A DNA stretch of 64,000 bases, from NCBI RefSeq assembly GCF_009914755.1, contig NC_060933.1; one strand, written 5' to 3'. Made by a program: the position numbers and the translations under genes. The notes under the pieces are model-generated. The model ran no database searches, was not told the DNA's origin, and saw only the letters and a program-made list of their open reading frames with translations. Positions 28,601 through 43,700 of the stretch are shown piece after piece (positions within the stretch are counted from its first letter, which is position 1; every line of letters begins with the position of its first letter). Origin of the DNA: the human T2T-CHM13v2.0 reference genome, Homo sapiens.

Positions 28601-31600
28601 GAATGCAATGGAATGGAATCAACCCGAGTACAGGGGAATGGAATGGAATGGAATGCAATGGAATGGAATCATCCGTAATGGAATGGAAAGGAATGGAATG
28701 GAATGGAATGGAATGGAATGGAATGGAATGGAATCAACACGATTGCAATCGAATGGAATGGAATGGAATTAACCCGAATAGAATGGAATGGAATGGAATG
28801 GGACGGAACGGAATGGAATGGAATGGAATGGAATGGAATGGAAAGGTACGGAACGGAATGGAATGGAATGGAATGGAATGGAATGGAATCAACGCGAGTT
28901 CAGGGGAATGGAATGGAATGGAATGCAATGGAATGGAATCTTCCGGAATGGAATGGAATGGAATGGAATGGAATGAAATGCAATGGATCCAACTCGATTG
29001 CAATGGAATGCAATAGAATGGAATGGAATGGAATGGAAAGGAATTAACCCGAATAGAATGGAATGGAATGGAATGGAACGGAATGGAACGGAATGGAACG
29101 GAATGGAATGGAATGGAATGGAATGGTATGGAATGGAATGGAATGGTACGGAATAGAATGGAATGGAATGGAATGGTACGGAATAGAATGGAATGGAACG
29201 AATTGTAATGGAATGGAATTGAATGGAATGGAATGGAATGGAATGGAATCAACGCGAGTGCAGGGGAATATAATGGAAAGGAATGCAATGGAAAGGAATC
29301 ATCCGGAATGGAATGGAATGGAATGGAATGGAATGGAATGGAATGGAATCAACCCGAGTGCAATGGAATGGAGTGGAATGGAATGGAATGGAATGGAACA
29401 ACCCGAATGGAATGTAATGTAATGGAGAGTAAGGGAGTTGAATAGAATCAATCTGAATGTAATGGAATGGAATGCAACGGAATGGAATGGAATGGAAAGG
29501 AATCAACGCGAGTGCAGGGGAATGGAAAGGAATGGAATGGAATGGAATGGAATGGAATGGAATTAAATGGAATGGAATGGAATGGAATCAACCCGAGTGC
29601 AGGGGAATGGAATGGAATGGAATGGAATGCAATGGAATGCAATGGAATGGAATGGAATGGAATGGAATGGTATGGAATGGAATGGAATGCAATCAACCCG
29701 AGTGGAATGGCATGGAATGGAATGCAATGGAATGGAATGGAATGGAAACAACTCGAGTGGAAAGGAATGGAATGGAATGGAAAGGAATGGAATGAAATCA
29801 ACTCGAGTGGAATGGAATGGAATGGAATGTATTGGAATGGATTGCAATGGAATGAAATGGAATGGAATGGAATGGAATCAATCATTCCGAGTGGAATGGA
29901 AGGGAATGTAATGGAATGGAATCAACCCGAGTGCAATCGAATGGAATCGAATGGAATGGAATGCAATGGAATGGATTCAACTTGAATGGAATGGAAAGAA
30001 TGGAATCAACACGAGTGGAATGGCATGGATTGGAATGGAATGGAATGGAATCAACCCGAGTACAGTGGAATGGAATGGAATGGAATGCAATGGAATGGAA
30101 TCATCTGTAATGGAATGGAAAGGAATGGAATGGAATGGAATGGAATGGAATGGAATGGAATGGAATGGAATGGAATCAACTCGAATGCAATCGAATGGAA
30201 TGGAATGGAATTAACCCGAATAGAATGGAATGGAATGGAATGGAACGGAACGGAATGGAATAGAATGGAATGGAATGGAACGGAACGGAACGGAATGGAA
30301 TGGAATGGAATGGAATGGAATGGAATCAACGCGAGTGCAGGGGAATGGAATGGAATGGAATGCAATGGAATGGAATCCTCCGGAATGGAATGGAATGGAA
30401 TGGAATGGAATGAAATGCAATGGATTCAACTCGATTGCAATGGAATGGAATAGAATGGAATGGAATGGAATGGAATGGAATTAATCCGAATAGAATGGAA
30501 TGGAATGGAATGGAACGGAATTGAACGGAATGGAATGGAATGGAATGGAATGGTATGGAATGGAATGGAATGGTACGGAATAGAATGGAATGGAACGAAT
30601 TGTAATGGAATGGAATTGAATGGAATGGAATGGAATGGAATGGAAGCAACGCGAGTGCAGGGGAATGTAATGGAACGGAATGCAATGGAATGGAATCATC
30701 CGGAATGGAATGGAATGGAATGGAATGGAATGGAATGGAATCAACCCGAGTGCAATGGAATGGAGTGGAATGTAATGGAATGGAATGGAACAACCCGAAT
30801 GGAATGGAATGTAATGGAGAGTAAGGGAGTTGAATAGAATCAATCCGAATGTAATGGAATGGAATGCAACGGAATGGAATGGAATGGAATGGAATGGAAT
30901 GCAATGGAATGGAATCAACCCGAGTACAATGGAATGGAATGGAATGGAATGGAATGGAATGGAATGGAATGGAAAGATACGGAATAGAAAGGAATGGAAC
31001 CAAATGGAATGGAATGGAAAGGAATGGAATGGAATGGAATGGAATGGAATCGTTCCGAGTGGAATAGGAGGGAATGTATTCGAGTGGAATGGAAAGGAAT
31101 GGAATCAACCAGAGTGCAATGGAAGGGAATGGAATGGAATGGAAACTAATAGAATGGAATCAACCCGAGTGGAATGGAATGGAAAGGACTGGAATGGAAT
31201 GGAATGGAATGGAATCAACTCGATTGTAATGGAATGGAATGGAATGGAATGGAATGGAATGGAATTAACCCGAATACAATGGAATGGAATGGAATGGAAC
31301 GGAATGGAGTGGAATGGAATGGAATCAACCCGAGTGCAGGGGAATGGAATGGAATGGAATGCAATGGAATGGAATCATCCGGAATGTAATGGAATGGAAT
31401 GGAATGCAAAGCAATGGAATCAACTCGATTGCAATGGAATGGAATGGAATGGAAAGGAATACCTTGGAATCAACCCGAGTGGAATGGAATGGAAAGGACT
31501 GGAATGGAGTGGAATGGAATGGAATGGAATGGAATGGAATGGAATCAACTCGATTGGAATGGAATGGAATGGAATGGAATTAACCCGAATAGAATGGAAT

Positions 31601-33109
31601 GGAATGGAATGGAATGGAATGGAACGGAAAGGAATGGAATGGAATGGAATTGAATGGAATGGAATGGAATCAACCCGACTGCAGGGGAATGGAATGGAAT
31701 GGAATGGAATGGAATGGAATGGAATGGAATCATCCGGAACGGAATGGAATGGAATGGAATGGAATCAACTAGATTGCAATGGAATGGAATGGAATGGAAT
31801 GGAATCGAATTGAATGGAATGGAATTAACCGGAATAGAATGGAATGGAATGTAATGGAACGGAATGGAATGGAATGGAATGGAATGGAATGGAATGGAAT
31901 CAACCCGAGTGCAGGGGAATGGAATGGAATGGAATGCAATGGAATGGAATCATCCGTAATGGAATGGAAAGGAATGGAATGGAATGGAATGGAATGGAAT
32001 GGAATGGAATGGAATCAACTCGATTGCAATCGAATGGAATGGAATGGAATTAACCCGAATAGAATGGAATGGAATGGAATGGAATGGAACGGAATGGAAT
32101 GGAATGGAATGGAACGGAAAGGAAGGGAATGGAATGGAATAGAATGGAATGGAATGCAATCAACGCGAGTGCAGGGGAATGGAATGGAATGGAATGCAAT
32201 GGAATGGAATCTTCCGGAATGGAATGGAATGGAATGGAATGGAATGGAATCCACGCGAGTGCAATGGAATGGAGTGGAATGGAATGGAATGGAATGGAAC
32301 AACCCGAATGTAATGGAATGGAATGGAGAGTAAGGGAGTTGAATAGAATCAATCCGAATGTAATGGAATGGAATGGAACGGAATGGAAATAAATGGAATG
32401 GAATGGAATGTAATGGAATGGAATCAACCCGAGTGCAATGGAATGGAGAGGAATGGAATGGTATGGAATGGAAACTACCCGAATGGAATGGAATGTAATG
32501 GAGTGTAAGGGAATTGAATATAATCAATCCGAATGGAATGCAATGGAATGGAACGGAACGGAATGGAATGGAATGGAATGGAATGCAATGGAATGGAATC
32601 AACCCGAGTACAATCGAATGGAATCGAATGGAATGGAATGCAATGGAATGGATTCAACTTGAATGGAATGGAAAGAATGGAATCAACACGAGTGGAATGG
32701 CATGGATTGGAATGGAATGGAATGGAATCAACCCGAGTACAGTGGAATGGAATGGAATGGAATGCAATGGAATGGAATCATCCGTAATGGAATGGAAAGG
32801 AATGGAATGGAATGGAATGGAATGGAATGGAATCAACTCGATTGCAATCGAATGGAATGGAATGGAATTAACCCGAATAGAATGGAATGGAATGGAATGG
32901 AAAGGAAAGGAATGGAATGGAATGGAATGGAATGGAATGGAATGGAACGGAACGGAACGGAATGCAATGGAATGGAATGGAATGGAATCAACGCGAGTGC
33001 AGGGGAATGGAATGGAATGGAAGCAACGCGAGTGCAGGGGAATGTAATGGAACGGAATGCAATGGAATGGAATCATCCGGAATGGAATGGAATGGAATGG
33101 AATGGAATG

Positions 33110-36100
33110 GAATCAACCCTAGTACAATGGAATGGAATGGAATGGAATGGAATGGAATGGAGTGGAATGGAATGGAATGGAATGCAATGGAATGGAATCA
33201 ACCCTAGTACAATGGAATGGAATGGAATGGAATGGAATGGAATGGAATGGAGTGGAATGGAATGGAATGCCTTCAAACCGAATGGAATGGAAAGGAATGG
33301 AATCAACACGAGTGGAATGGAATGGAATGGAATGGAATGGAATGGAATGGAATGGAATGGAATGATACGGAATAGAATGGAATGGAACGAAATGGAATGG
33401 AATGGAATGGAATGGAATGGTATGGAATGGAATGGAATCGTTCCGAGTGGAATAGGAGGGAATATATTCGAGTGGAATGGAAAGGAATGGAATCAACCAG
33501 AGTGGAATGGAAGGGAATGGAATGGAATGGAAACTAATAGAATGGAATCAACCCGAGTGGAATGGAATGGAAAGGACTGGAATGGAAAGGAATGGAATGG
33601 AATGGAATGGAATGGAATGGAATGGAATCAACGCGAGTGCAGGGGAATGGAATGGAATGGAATGGAATGGAATGGAATGGAATGGAATGGAATCAACCCC
33701 AGTGCCGGGGAATGTAATGGAACGGAATGCAATGGAATGGAATCATCCGGAATGGAATGGAATGGAATGCAATTGAATGGAATGGAATGGAATCAACCCG
33801 AGTGCAATGGAATGGAGTGAAATGGAATGGAATGGAATGGAAACAACCAGAATGGATTGGAATATAATGGAGTGTAAGGGAATTGAATAGAATCAATCTG
33901 AATGTAATGAAATGGAATGGAACGGAATGGAATGGAATGGAATGGAATGCAATCGAATGGAATCAACCCGAGTGCAATCGAATGGAATCGAATGGAATGG
34001 AATGCAATGGAATGGATTCAACTTGAATGGAATGGAAAGAATGGAATCAAAACGAGTGGAATGGCATGGATTGGAATGGAATGGAATGGAATCAACCCGA
34101 GTACAGGGGAATGGAATGGAATGGAATGCAATGGAATGGAATCATCCGTAATGGAATGGAAAGGAATTGAATGGAACGGAATGGAATGGAATCAACTCGA
34201 TTGCAATCAAATGGAATGGAATGGAATTAACCCGAATAGAATGGAATGGAATGGAATGGAACGGAAAAGAATGGAATGGAATGGAATGGAATGGAACGGA
34301 AAGGAAGGGAATGGAATGGAATAGAATGGAATGGAATGGAATCTACGCGAGTGCAGGGGAATGGAATGGAATGGAATGCAATGGAATGGAATCTTCCGGA
34401 ATGGAATGGAATGGAATGGAATGGAATGGAATGGAATGGAATGGAATCAACACGACTGCAATGGAATGGAGTGGAATGGAATGGAATGGAATGGAACAAC
34501 CCGAATGGAATGGAATGTAATGGAGAGTAAGGGAGTTGAATAGAATCAATCCGAATGAAATGGAATAGAATGGAACGGAATGGAATTGAATGGAATGGAA
34601 TGGAATGCAATGGAATGGAGAGGAATGGAATGGAATGGAATGGAAACTTCCCGAATGGAAAGGAATGTAATGGAGTGTAAGGGAATTGAATAGAATCAAT
34701 CCGAATGTAATGTAATGGAATAGAATGGAATGGAATGGAATGGAATGGAATGCAATGAAATGGAATCAATCCGAGTGCAATCGAATGGAATCGAATGGAA
34801 TGGAATGCAATGGAATGGATTCAACTTGAATGGAAAGGAAAGAATGGAATCAACACGAGTGGAATGGCATGGATTGGAATGGAATGGAATGGAATCAACC
34901 CTAGTACAGGGGAATGGAATGGAATGGAATGCAATGGAATGGAATCATCCGTAATGGAATGGAAAGGAATGGAATGGAATGGAATGGAATGGAATGGAAT
35001 GGAATCAACTCGATTGCAATCGAATGGAATGGAATGGAATTAACCCGAATAGAATGGAATGCAATGGAATGGAACGGAACGGAATGGAATGGAATGGAAT
35101 GGAATGGAACGGAATGGAACGGAACGGAATGGAATGGAATGGAATGGAATGGAATGGAATGGAATCAACGCGAGTGCAGGGGAAAGGAATGGAATGGAAT
35201 GCAATGGAATGGAATCTTCCGGAATGGAATGGAATGGAATGCAATGGAATGAAATGCAATGGATTCAACTCGATTGCAATGGAATGGAATAGAATGGAGT
35301 GGAATGGAATGGAATGGAATGGAATTAACCCGAATAGAATGGAATGGAATGGAATGGATCAGAATGGAACGGAATGGAAAGGAATGGAATGGAATGGAAA
35401 GGTATGGAATGGAATGCAATGGTACGGAATAGAATGGAATGGAACGAATTGTAATGGAATGGAATTGAATGGAATGGAATGGAATGGAATGGAATCAACG
35501 CGAGTGCAGGGGAATGTAATGGAAGGGAATGCAATGGAATGGAATCATCCGGAATGGAATGGAATGGAATGGAATGGAATGGAATGGAATCAACCCGAGT
35601 GCAATGGAATGGAGTGGAACGGAATGGAATGGGGTGGAACAACCCGAATGGAATGGAATGTAATGGAGAGTAAGGGAGTTGAATAGAATCAATCCGAATG
35701 TAATGGAATGGAATGGAACGGAATGGAATGGAATGGAATGGAATGGAATGGAATGGAATCAACCCTAGTACAATGGAATGGAATGGAATGGAATGGAATG
35801 GAATGGAATGGAATGCCTTCAAACCGAATGGAATGGAAAGGAATGGAATCAACACGAGTGGAATGGAATGGAATGGAATGGAATGGAATGGAATGATATG
35901 GATTAGAATGGAATGTAACGAAATGGAATGGAATGGAATGGAATTGAATGGAATCGTTCCGAGTGGAATAGGAGGGAACATATTCGAGTGGAATGGAAAG
36001 GAATGGAATCAACCAGAGTGGAATGCAAGGGAATGGAATGGAATGGAACTACTAGAATGGAATCAACCCGAGTGGAATGGAATGGAAGGGACTGGAATGG

Positions 36101-38700
36101 AAAAAAATGGAATGGAATGCAATGGAATGGAATGGAATGGAATGGAATGGAATCAACGCGAGTGCAGGGGAATGGAATGGAATCGAATGGAATGGAATGG
36201 AATGGAATGGAATCAACCCGAGTGCAGGGGAATGAAATGGAACGGAATGCAATGGAATAGAATCATCCGGAATGGAATGGAATGGACTGTAATGGAATCA
36301 ACCCGAGTGCAATGGAATGGAGTGGAATGGAATGGAATGGAATGGAACAACCCGAATGGAATGGAATGTAATGGAGAGTAAGGGAGTTGAATAGAATCAA
36401 TCCGAATGTAAAGGAATGGAATGCAACGGAATGGAATGGAATGGAATGGAATGGAATGGAATGGAATGCAATGGAATGGAATCATCCGTAATGGAATGGA
36501 AAGGAATGGAATGGAATGGAATGGAATGAAATGGAATGGAATGGAATCAACTCGATTGCAATCGAATGGAATGGAATGGAATTAACCCGAATAGAATGGA
36601 ATGGAATGGAATGGAACGGAACGGAACGGAATGGAATGCATTGGAATGGAATGGAATGCAATGGAATGGAACGGAAAGGAATGGAATGGAATGGAATGGA
36701 ATGGAATGGAATGGAATGGAATGGAATGGAATCAATGCGAGTGCAGGGGAATGGAATGGAATGGAATGCAATTGAATGGAATCTTCCGGAATGGAATGGA
36801 ATGGAATGGAATGGAATGGAATGGAATGGAATGGAATGGAATAAACCCGAGTGCAATGGAATGGAGTGGAATGGAATGGAATGGAATGGAACAACCCGAA
36901 TGGAATGGAATGTAATGGAGAGTAAGGGAGTTGAACAGAATCAATCGGAATGTAATGGAATGGAATGGAACGGAAAGGAATTGAATGGAATGGAATGGAA
37001 TGCAATGGAATGGAATCAACCCGAGTGCAATGGAATGGAGAGGAATGGAATGGAATGGAATGGAAACTACCCGAATGGAATGGAATGTAATGGAGTGTAA
37101 GGGTATTGAATAGAATGAATCCGAATGTAATGGAAAGGAAGGGAACGGAATGGAATGGAATGGAAAGGAATGGAATGGAGTGTAAGGGAATTGAATAGAA
37201 TCAATCCGAATGTAATGGAATGGAATGTAATGGAATGGAATGGAATGGAATGGAATGGAATGCAATGGAGTGGAATCAACCCGAGTGCAATCGAATGGAA
37301 TCGAATGGAATGGAATGTAATGGAATGGATTCAACTTGAATGGAATGGAAAGAATGGAATCAACACGAGTGGAAGGGCATGGATTGGAATCCAATGGAGT
37401 GGAATCAACCCGAGTGCAGTTGAATGGAATGGAATGGAATACAATGGAATGGAATCATCCGTAATGGAATGGAAAGGAATGGAATGGAATGGAATGGTAT
37501 GGAATGGAATCAACTCGATTGCAATCGAATGGAATGGAATGGAATTAACCCGAATAGAATGGAATGGAATGGAATGGAACGGAACGGAATGGAATGCAAT
37601 GGAATGGAATGGAATGGAATGGAACGGAACGGAACGGAACGGAATGGAATGGAATGGAATGGAATGGAATGGAATGGAATCAACGAGAGTGCAGGGGAAT
37701 GGAATGGAATGGAAAGCAATGGAATGGAATCTTCCGGAATGGAATGGAATGGAATGGAATGGAATGGAATGAAATGCAATGGATTCAACTCGATTGCAAT
37801 GGAATGGAATAGAATGGAATGGAATGGAATGGAATGGAATGGAATTAACCCGAATAGAATGGAATGGAATGGAATGGAACGGAATGGAACGGAATGGAAT
37901 GGAATGGAATGGAATGGAATGGAATGGAATGGTATGGAATGGAATGGAATGGTACGGAATAGAATGGAATGGAACGAATTGTAATGGAATGGAATTGAAT
38001 GGAATGGAATGGAATGGAATGGAATCAACGCGAGTGCAGGGGAATGTAATGGAACGGAATGCAATGGAATGGAATCATCCGGAATGGAATGGAATGGAAT
38101 GGAATAGAATGGAATAGAATGGAATCAACCCGAGTGCAATGGAATGGAGTGGAATGGAATGGAATGGAATGGAACAACCCGAATGGAATGGAATGTAATG
38201 GAGAGTAAGGGAGTTGAATAGAATCAATCCGAATATAATGGAATGGAATGCAACGGAATGAAATGGAATGGAATGGAATGGAATGCAATGGAATGGAATC
38301 AACCCGAGTACAATGGAATGGAATGGAATGGAATGCAATGGAATGGAATGGAATGGAATGCCTTCAAACCGATTGGAATGGAAAGGAATGGAATCAACAC
38401 GAGTGGAATGGAATGGAATGGAATGGAATGGAATGGAATGATACGGAATAGAATGGAATGGAACGAAATGGAATGGAATGGAATGGAATGGAATGGAATG
38501 GAATCGTTCCGAGTGGAAAGGAGGGAATGTATTCGAGTGGAATGGAAAGGAATGGAATCAACCAGAGTGGAATGGAAGGGAATAGAATGGAATGGAAACT
38601 AATAGAATGGAATCAACCCGAGTGGAATGGAATGGAAAGGACTGGAATGGAATGGAATGGAATGGAATGCAATAGAATGGAATGGAACGGAATCAACGCG
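33110..38700 (+). repeat. Diverged ~2.55-kb periodic unit (2 copies plus the start of a third)
   Basis: Rare marker GCCTTCAAACCGA at 33269, 35815 and 38360 (spacings 2546 and 2545). Motif order between markers is largely colinear, with one discordant stretch of a few hundred bp. Confidence 0.7.
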
Positions 38701-40799
38701 AGTGCAGGGGAATGGAATGGAATGGAATGGAATGGAATGGAATCAACTCGATTGCAATCGAATGGAATGGAATAGAATTAACCCGAATAGAATGGAATGG
38801 AATGGAATCAAACGGAACGGAATGGAATGGAATGGAATGGAATGGAATGGAACGGAAAGGAAGGGAATGGAATGGAATGGAATGGAATGGAATGGAATGG
38901 AATGGAATCAACGCGAGTGCAGGGGAATGGAATGGAATGGAATGCAATGGAATGGAATCCTCCGGAACGGAATGGAATGGAATGGAATGGAATGGAATGG
39001 AATGGAATGGAATCAACCCGAGTGCAGTGGAATGGAATGGAATGGAATGGAATGGAATGGAATGGAACAACCCGAATGGAATCGAATGTAATGGAGAGTA
39101 AGGGAGTTGAATAGAATCAATCCGAATGTAATGGAATGGAATGCAACGGATTGGAATGGAATGGAATGGAATGGAATGCAATGGAATGGAATCAACCCGA
39201 GTACAATGGAATGGAATGGAATGGAAAGGAATGGAATGGAATGGAATGGAATGGAATGGAATGGAATGGAATCAACGCGAGTGCAATGGAATAGAGAGGA
39301 ATGGAATGGAATGGAATGGAAACTACCCGAATGGAATGGAAAGTAATGAAGGGTTAGGGAATTGAATAGAATCAATCCGAATGGAATGGAATGTAATGGA
39401 ACGGAATATAATGTAATGGAATGGAATGGAATCAACCCGAGTGCAGGGGAATGGAATGGAATGGAATGCAATGGAATGGAATCATCCGGAATGGAATGGA
39501 ATGGAATGGAATGGAATCAACGCGAGTGCAATGGAATGGAGTGAAATGGAATGGAATGGAATGGAAACAACCAGAATGGATTGGAATATAACGGAGTGTA
39601 AGGGAATTGAATAGAATCAATCTGAATGTAATGAAATGCAATGGAACGGAATGGAATGGAATGGAATGGAATGGAATGGAATGGAATGGAATGCAATGTA
39701 ATGGAATCAACCCGAGTGCAATCGAATGGAATCGAATGGAATGGAATGCAATGGAATGGATTCAACTTGAATGGAATGGAAAGAATGGAATCAACACGAG
39801 TGGAATGGCATGGATTAGAATGGAATGGAATGGAATCAACCCGAGTACAGGGGAATGGAATGCAATGGAATGCAATGGAATGGAATCATCCGTAATGGAA
39901 TGGAAAGGAATGGAATGGAATGGAATGGAATGGAATGGAATGGAATGGAACGGAATCAACTCGATTGCAATCGAATGGAATGGAATGGAATTAACCCGAG
40001 TAGAATGGAATGGAATGGAATGGAACGGAACGGAATGGAATGGAATGGAATGGAATGGAATGGAACGGAAAGGAATGGAATGGAATGGAATGGAATGGAA
40101 TGGAATGGAATGGAATCAACGCGAGTGCAGGGGAATGTAATGGAACGGAATGCAATGGAATGGAATCATCCGGAATGGAATGGAATGGAATGGAATGGAA
40201 TGGAATCAACCCGAGTGCAATGGAATGGAGTGGAATGGAATGGAATGGAATGGAACAACCCGAATGGAATGGAATGTAATGTAGAGTAAGGGAGTTGAAA
40301 AGAATCAATCCGAATGTAATGGAATGGAATGGAAAGGAATGGAATGGAATGGAATGGAATGGAATGGAATGGAATGCAATGGAATGGAATCAACCCGAGT
40401 ACAATGGAATGGAATGGAATGGAATGGAATGGAATGGAATGATACGGAATAGAAAGGAATGGAACGAAATGGAATGGAATGGAATGGAATGGAATGGAAT
40501 GGAATGGAATGGAATGGAATCGTTCCGAGTGGAATAGGAGGGAATGTATTCGAGTGGAATGGAAAGGAATGGAATCAACCAGAGTGGAATGGAAGGGAAT
40601 GGAATGGAATGGAAATTAATAGAATGGAATCAACCCGAGTGGAATGGAATGCAAAAGGACTGGAATGGAATGGAATGGAATGGAATGGAATGGAATGGAA
40701 TCAACTCGATTGTAATAGAATGGAATGGAATGGAATGGAATGGAATGAAATGGCATGGAATGGAATTAACCCGAATAGAAAGGAATGGAATGGAATGGA

Positions 40800-43700
40800 A
40801 TCAACCCGAGTGCAATGGAATGGAGTGGAATGGAATGGAATGGAATGGAACAACCCGAATGGAATGGAATGTAATGGAGAGTAAGGGAGTTGAATAGAAT
40901 CAATCCGAATGTAATGGAATGGAATGCAACGGAATGGAATGGAATGGAATGGAATGGAATGGAATGCAATGGAATGGAATGGAATGATACGGAATAGAAT
41001 GGAATGGAACGAAATGGAATGGAATGGAATGGAATGGAATGGAATAGAATGGAATCGTTCCGAGTGGAATAGGAGGGAATGTATTCGAGTGGAATGGAAA
41101 GGAATGTAATCAACCAGAGTGGAATGGAAGGGAATGGAATGGAATGGAAACTAATAGAATGGAATCAACCCGAGTGGAATGGAATGGAAAGGACTGGAAT
41201 GGAATGGAATGGAATGGAATCAACTCGATTGTAATGGAATGCAATGGAATGGAATGGAATGGAATGGAATTAACCCGAATACAATGGAATGGAATGGAAT
41301 GGAATGGAATGGAGTGGAATGGAATGGAATCAACCCGAGTGCAGGGGAATGGAATGGAATGGAATGCAATGGAATGGAATCATCCGGAATGGAATGGAAT
41401 GGAATGGAATGCAAAGCAATGGAATCAACTCGATTGCAATGGAATGGAATGGAATGGAAAGGAATACATTGGAATCAACCCGAGTGGAATGGAATGGAAA
41501 GGACTGGAATGGAGTGGAATGGAATGGAATGGAATGCAATGGAATGGAAAGGAATCAACTTGATTGGAATGGAATGGAATGGAATGGAATGGAATGGAAT
41601 GGAAAGGAATTAATCCGAATAGAAAGGAATGGAATGGAATGGAACGGAACGGAATGGAATGGAATGGAATGGAATGGAATGGAATGGAATGGAATCAACC
41701 AGACTGCAGGTGAACGGAATGGAATGGAATACAATGGAATGGATTCAACTTGAATGGAATGGAAAGAATGGAAACAACACGAGTGGAATGGCATGGATTG
41801 GAATGGAATGGAATGGAATCAACCCGAGTACAGGGGAATGGAATGGAATGGAATGCAATGGAATGGAATCATCCGTAATGGAATGGAAAGGAATGGAATG
41901 GAATGGAATGGAATGGAATGGAATCAACACGATTGCAATGGAATGGAATGGAATGGAATTAACCCGAATAGAATGGAATGGAATGGAATGGAACAGAACG
42001 GAATGGAATGGAATGGAATGGAATGGAATGGAATGGAACGGAACGGAACGGAACGGAATGGAATGGAATGGAATGCAATGGAATGGAATCAACGCGAGTG
42101 CAGGGGAATGGAATGGAATGGAAAGCAATGGAATGGAATCTACCGGAATGGAATGGAATGGAATGGAATGGAATGGAATGAAATGCAATTGATTCAACTC
42201 GATTGCAATGGAATGGAATAGAATGGAATGGAATGGAATGGAATGGAATTAACCCGAAAAGAATGGAATGGAATGGAATGGAACGGAATGGAACGGAATG
42301 GAATGGAATGGAATGGAATGGAATGGAATGGAATGGTATGGAATGGAATGGAGTGGTACGGAATAGAATGGAATGGAACGAATTGTAATGGAATGGAATT
42401 GAATGGAATGGAATGGAATGGAATGGAATGGAATCAACGCGAGTGCACGGGAATATAATGGAACGGAATGCAATGGAATGGAATCATCCGGAATGGAATG
42501 GAATGGAATGGAATGGAATGGAATGGAATGGAACGGAATCAACCCGAGTGCAATGGAATGGAGTGGAATGGAATGGAACAACCCGAATGGAATGGAATGT
42601 AATGGAGAGTAAGGGAGTTGAATAGAATCAATCCGAACGTAATGGAATGGAATGCAGCGGAATGGAATAGAATGTAATGGAATGGAATGGAATGGAATCA
42701 ACCCGAGTGCAATGGAATGGAGTGGAATGGAATGGAATGGAATGGAACAACCCGAATGGAATCGAATATAATGGAGAGTAAGGGAGTTGAATAGAATCAA
42801 TCCGAATGTAATGGAATGGAATGGAACGCAATGGAATGGAACGGAATGGAATGGAATGGAATGGAATAGAATGGAATGGAACAAAATGGAATGGAACGAA
42901 ATGGAATGGAATGGAATGGAATGGAATGCAATGGAATGGAATCAACGCGAGTGCAATGGAATGGAGAGGAATGGAATGGAATGGAATGGAAACTACCCGA
43001 ATGGAATGGAATGTAATGGAGTGTAAGGGAATTGAATAGAATCAATCCGAATGTAATGGAATGGAATGGAACGGAATGCAATGGAATGGAATGGAATGGA
43101 ATGCAATGGAATGGAATCAACCCGAGTGCAATCGAATGGAATCGAATTGAATGGAATGCAATGGAATGGATTGAACTTGAATGGAATGGAAAGAATGGAA
43201 TCAACACGAGTGGAATGGCATGGATTGGAATGGAATGGAATGGAATCAACTCGAGTACAGGGGAATGGAATGGAGTGGAATGCAATGGAATGGAATCATC
43301 CGTAATGGAATGGAAAGGAATGGAATGGAATGGAATGGAATGTAATGGAATGGAATGGAATCAACTCGATTGCAATCGAATGGAAAGGAATGGAATTAAC
43401 CCGAATAGAATGGAATGGAATGGAATGGAACGGAACGGAATGGAATGGAATGGAATGGAATGGAATGGAATGGAATGGAACGGAACGGAATGGAATGGAA
43501 TGGAATGGAATGGAATCAACGCGAGTGCAGGGGAATGGAATGGAATGGAATACACTGGAATGGAATCTTCCGGAATGGAATGGAATGGAATGGAATGGAA
43601 TGAAATGCAATGGATTCAAATCGATTGCAATGGAATGGAATAGAATGGAATGGAATGGAATGGAATGGAATTAATCCGAATAGAATGGAATGGAATGGAA

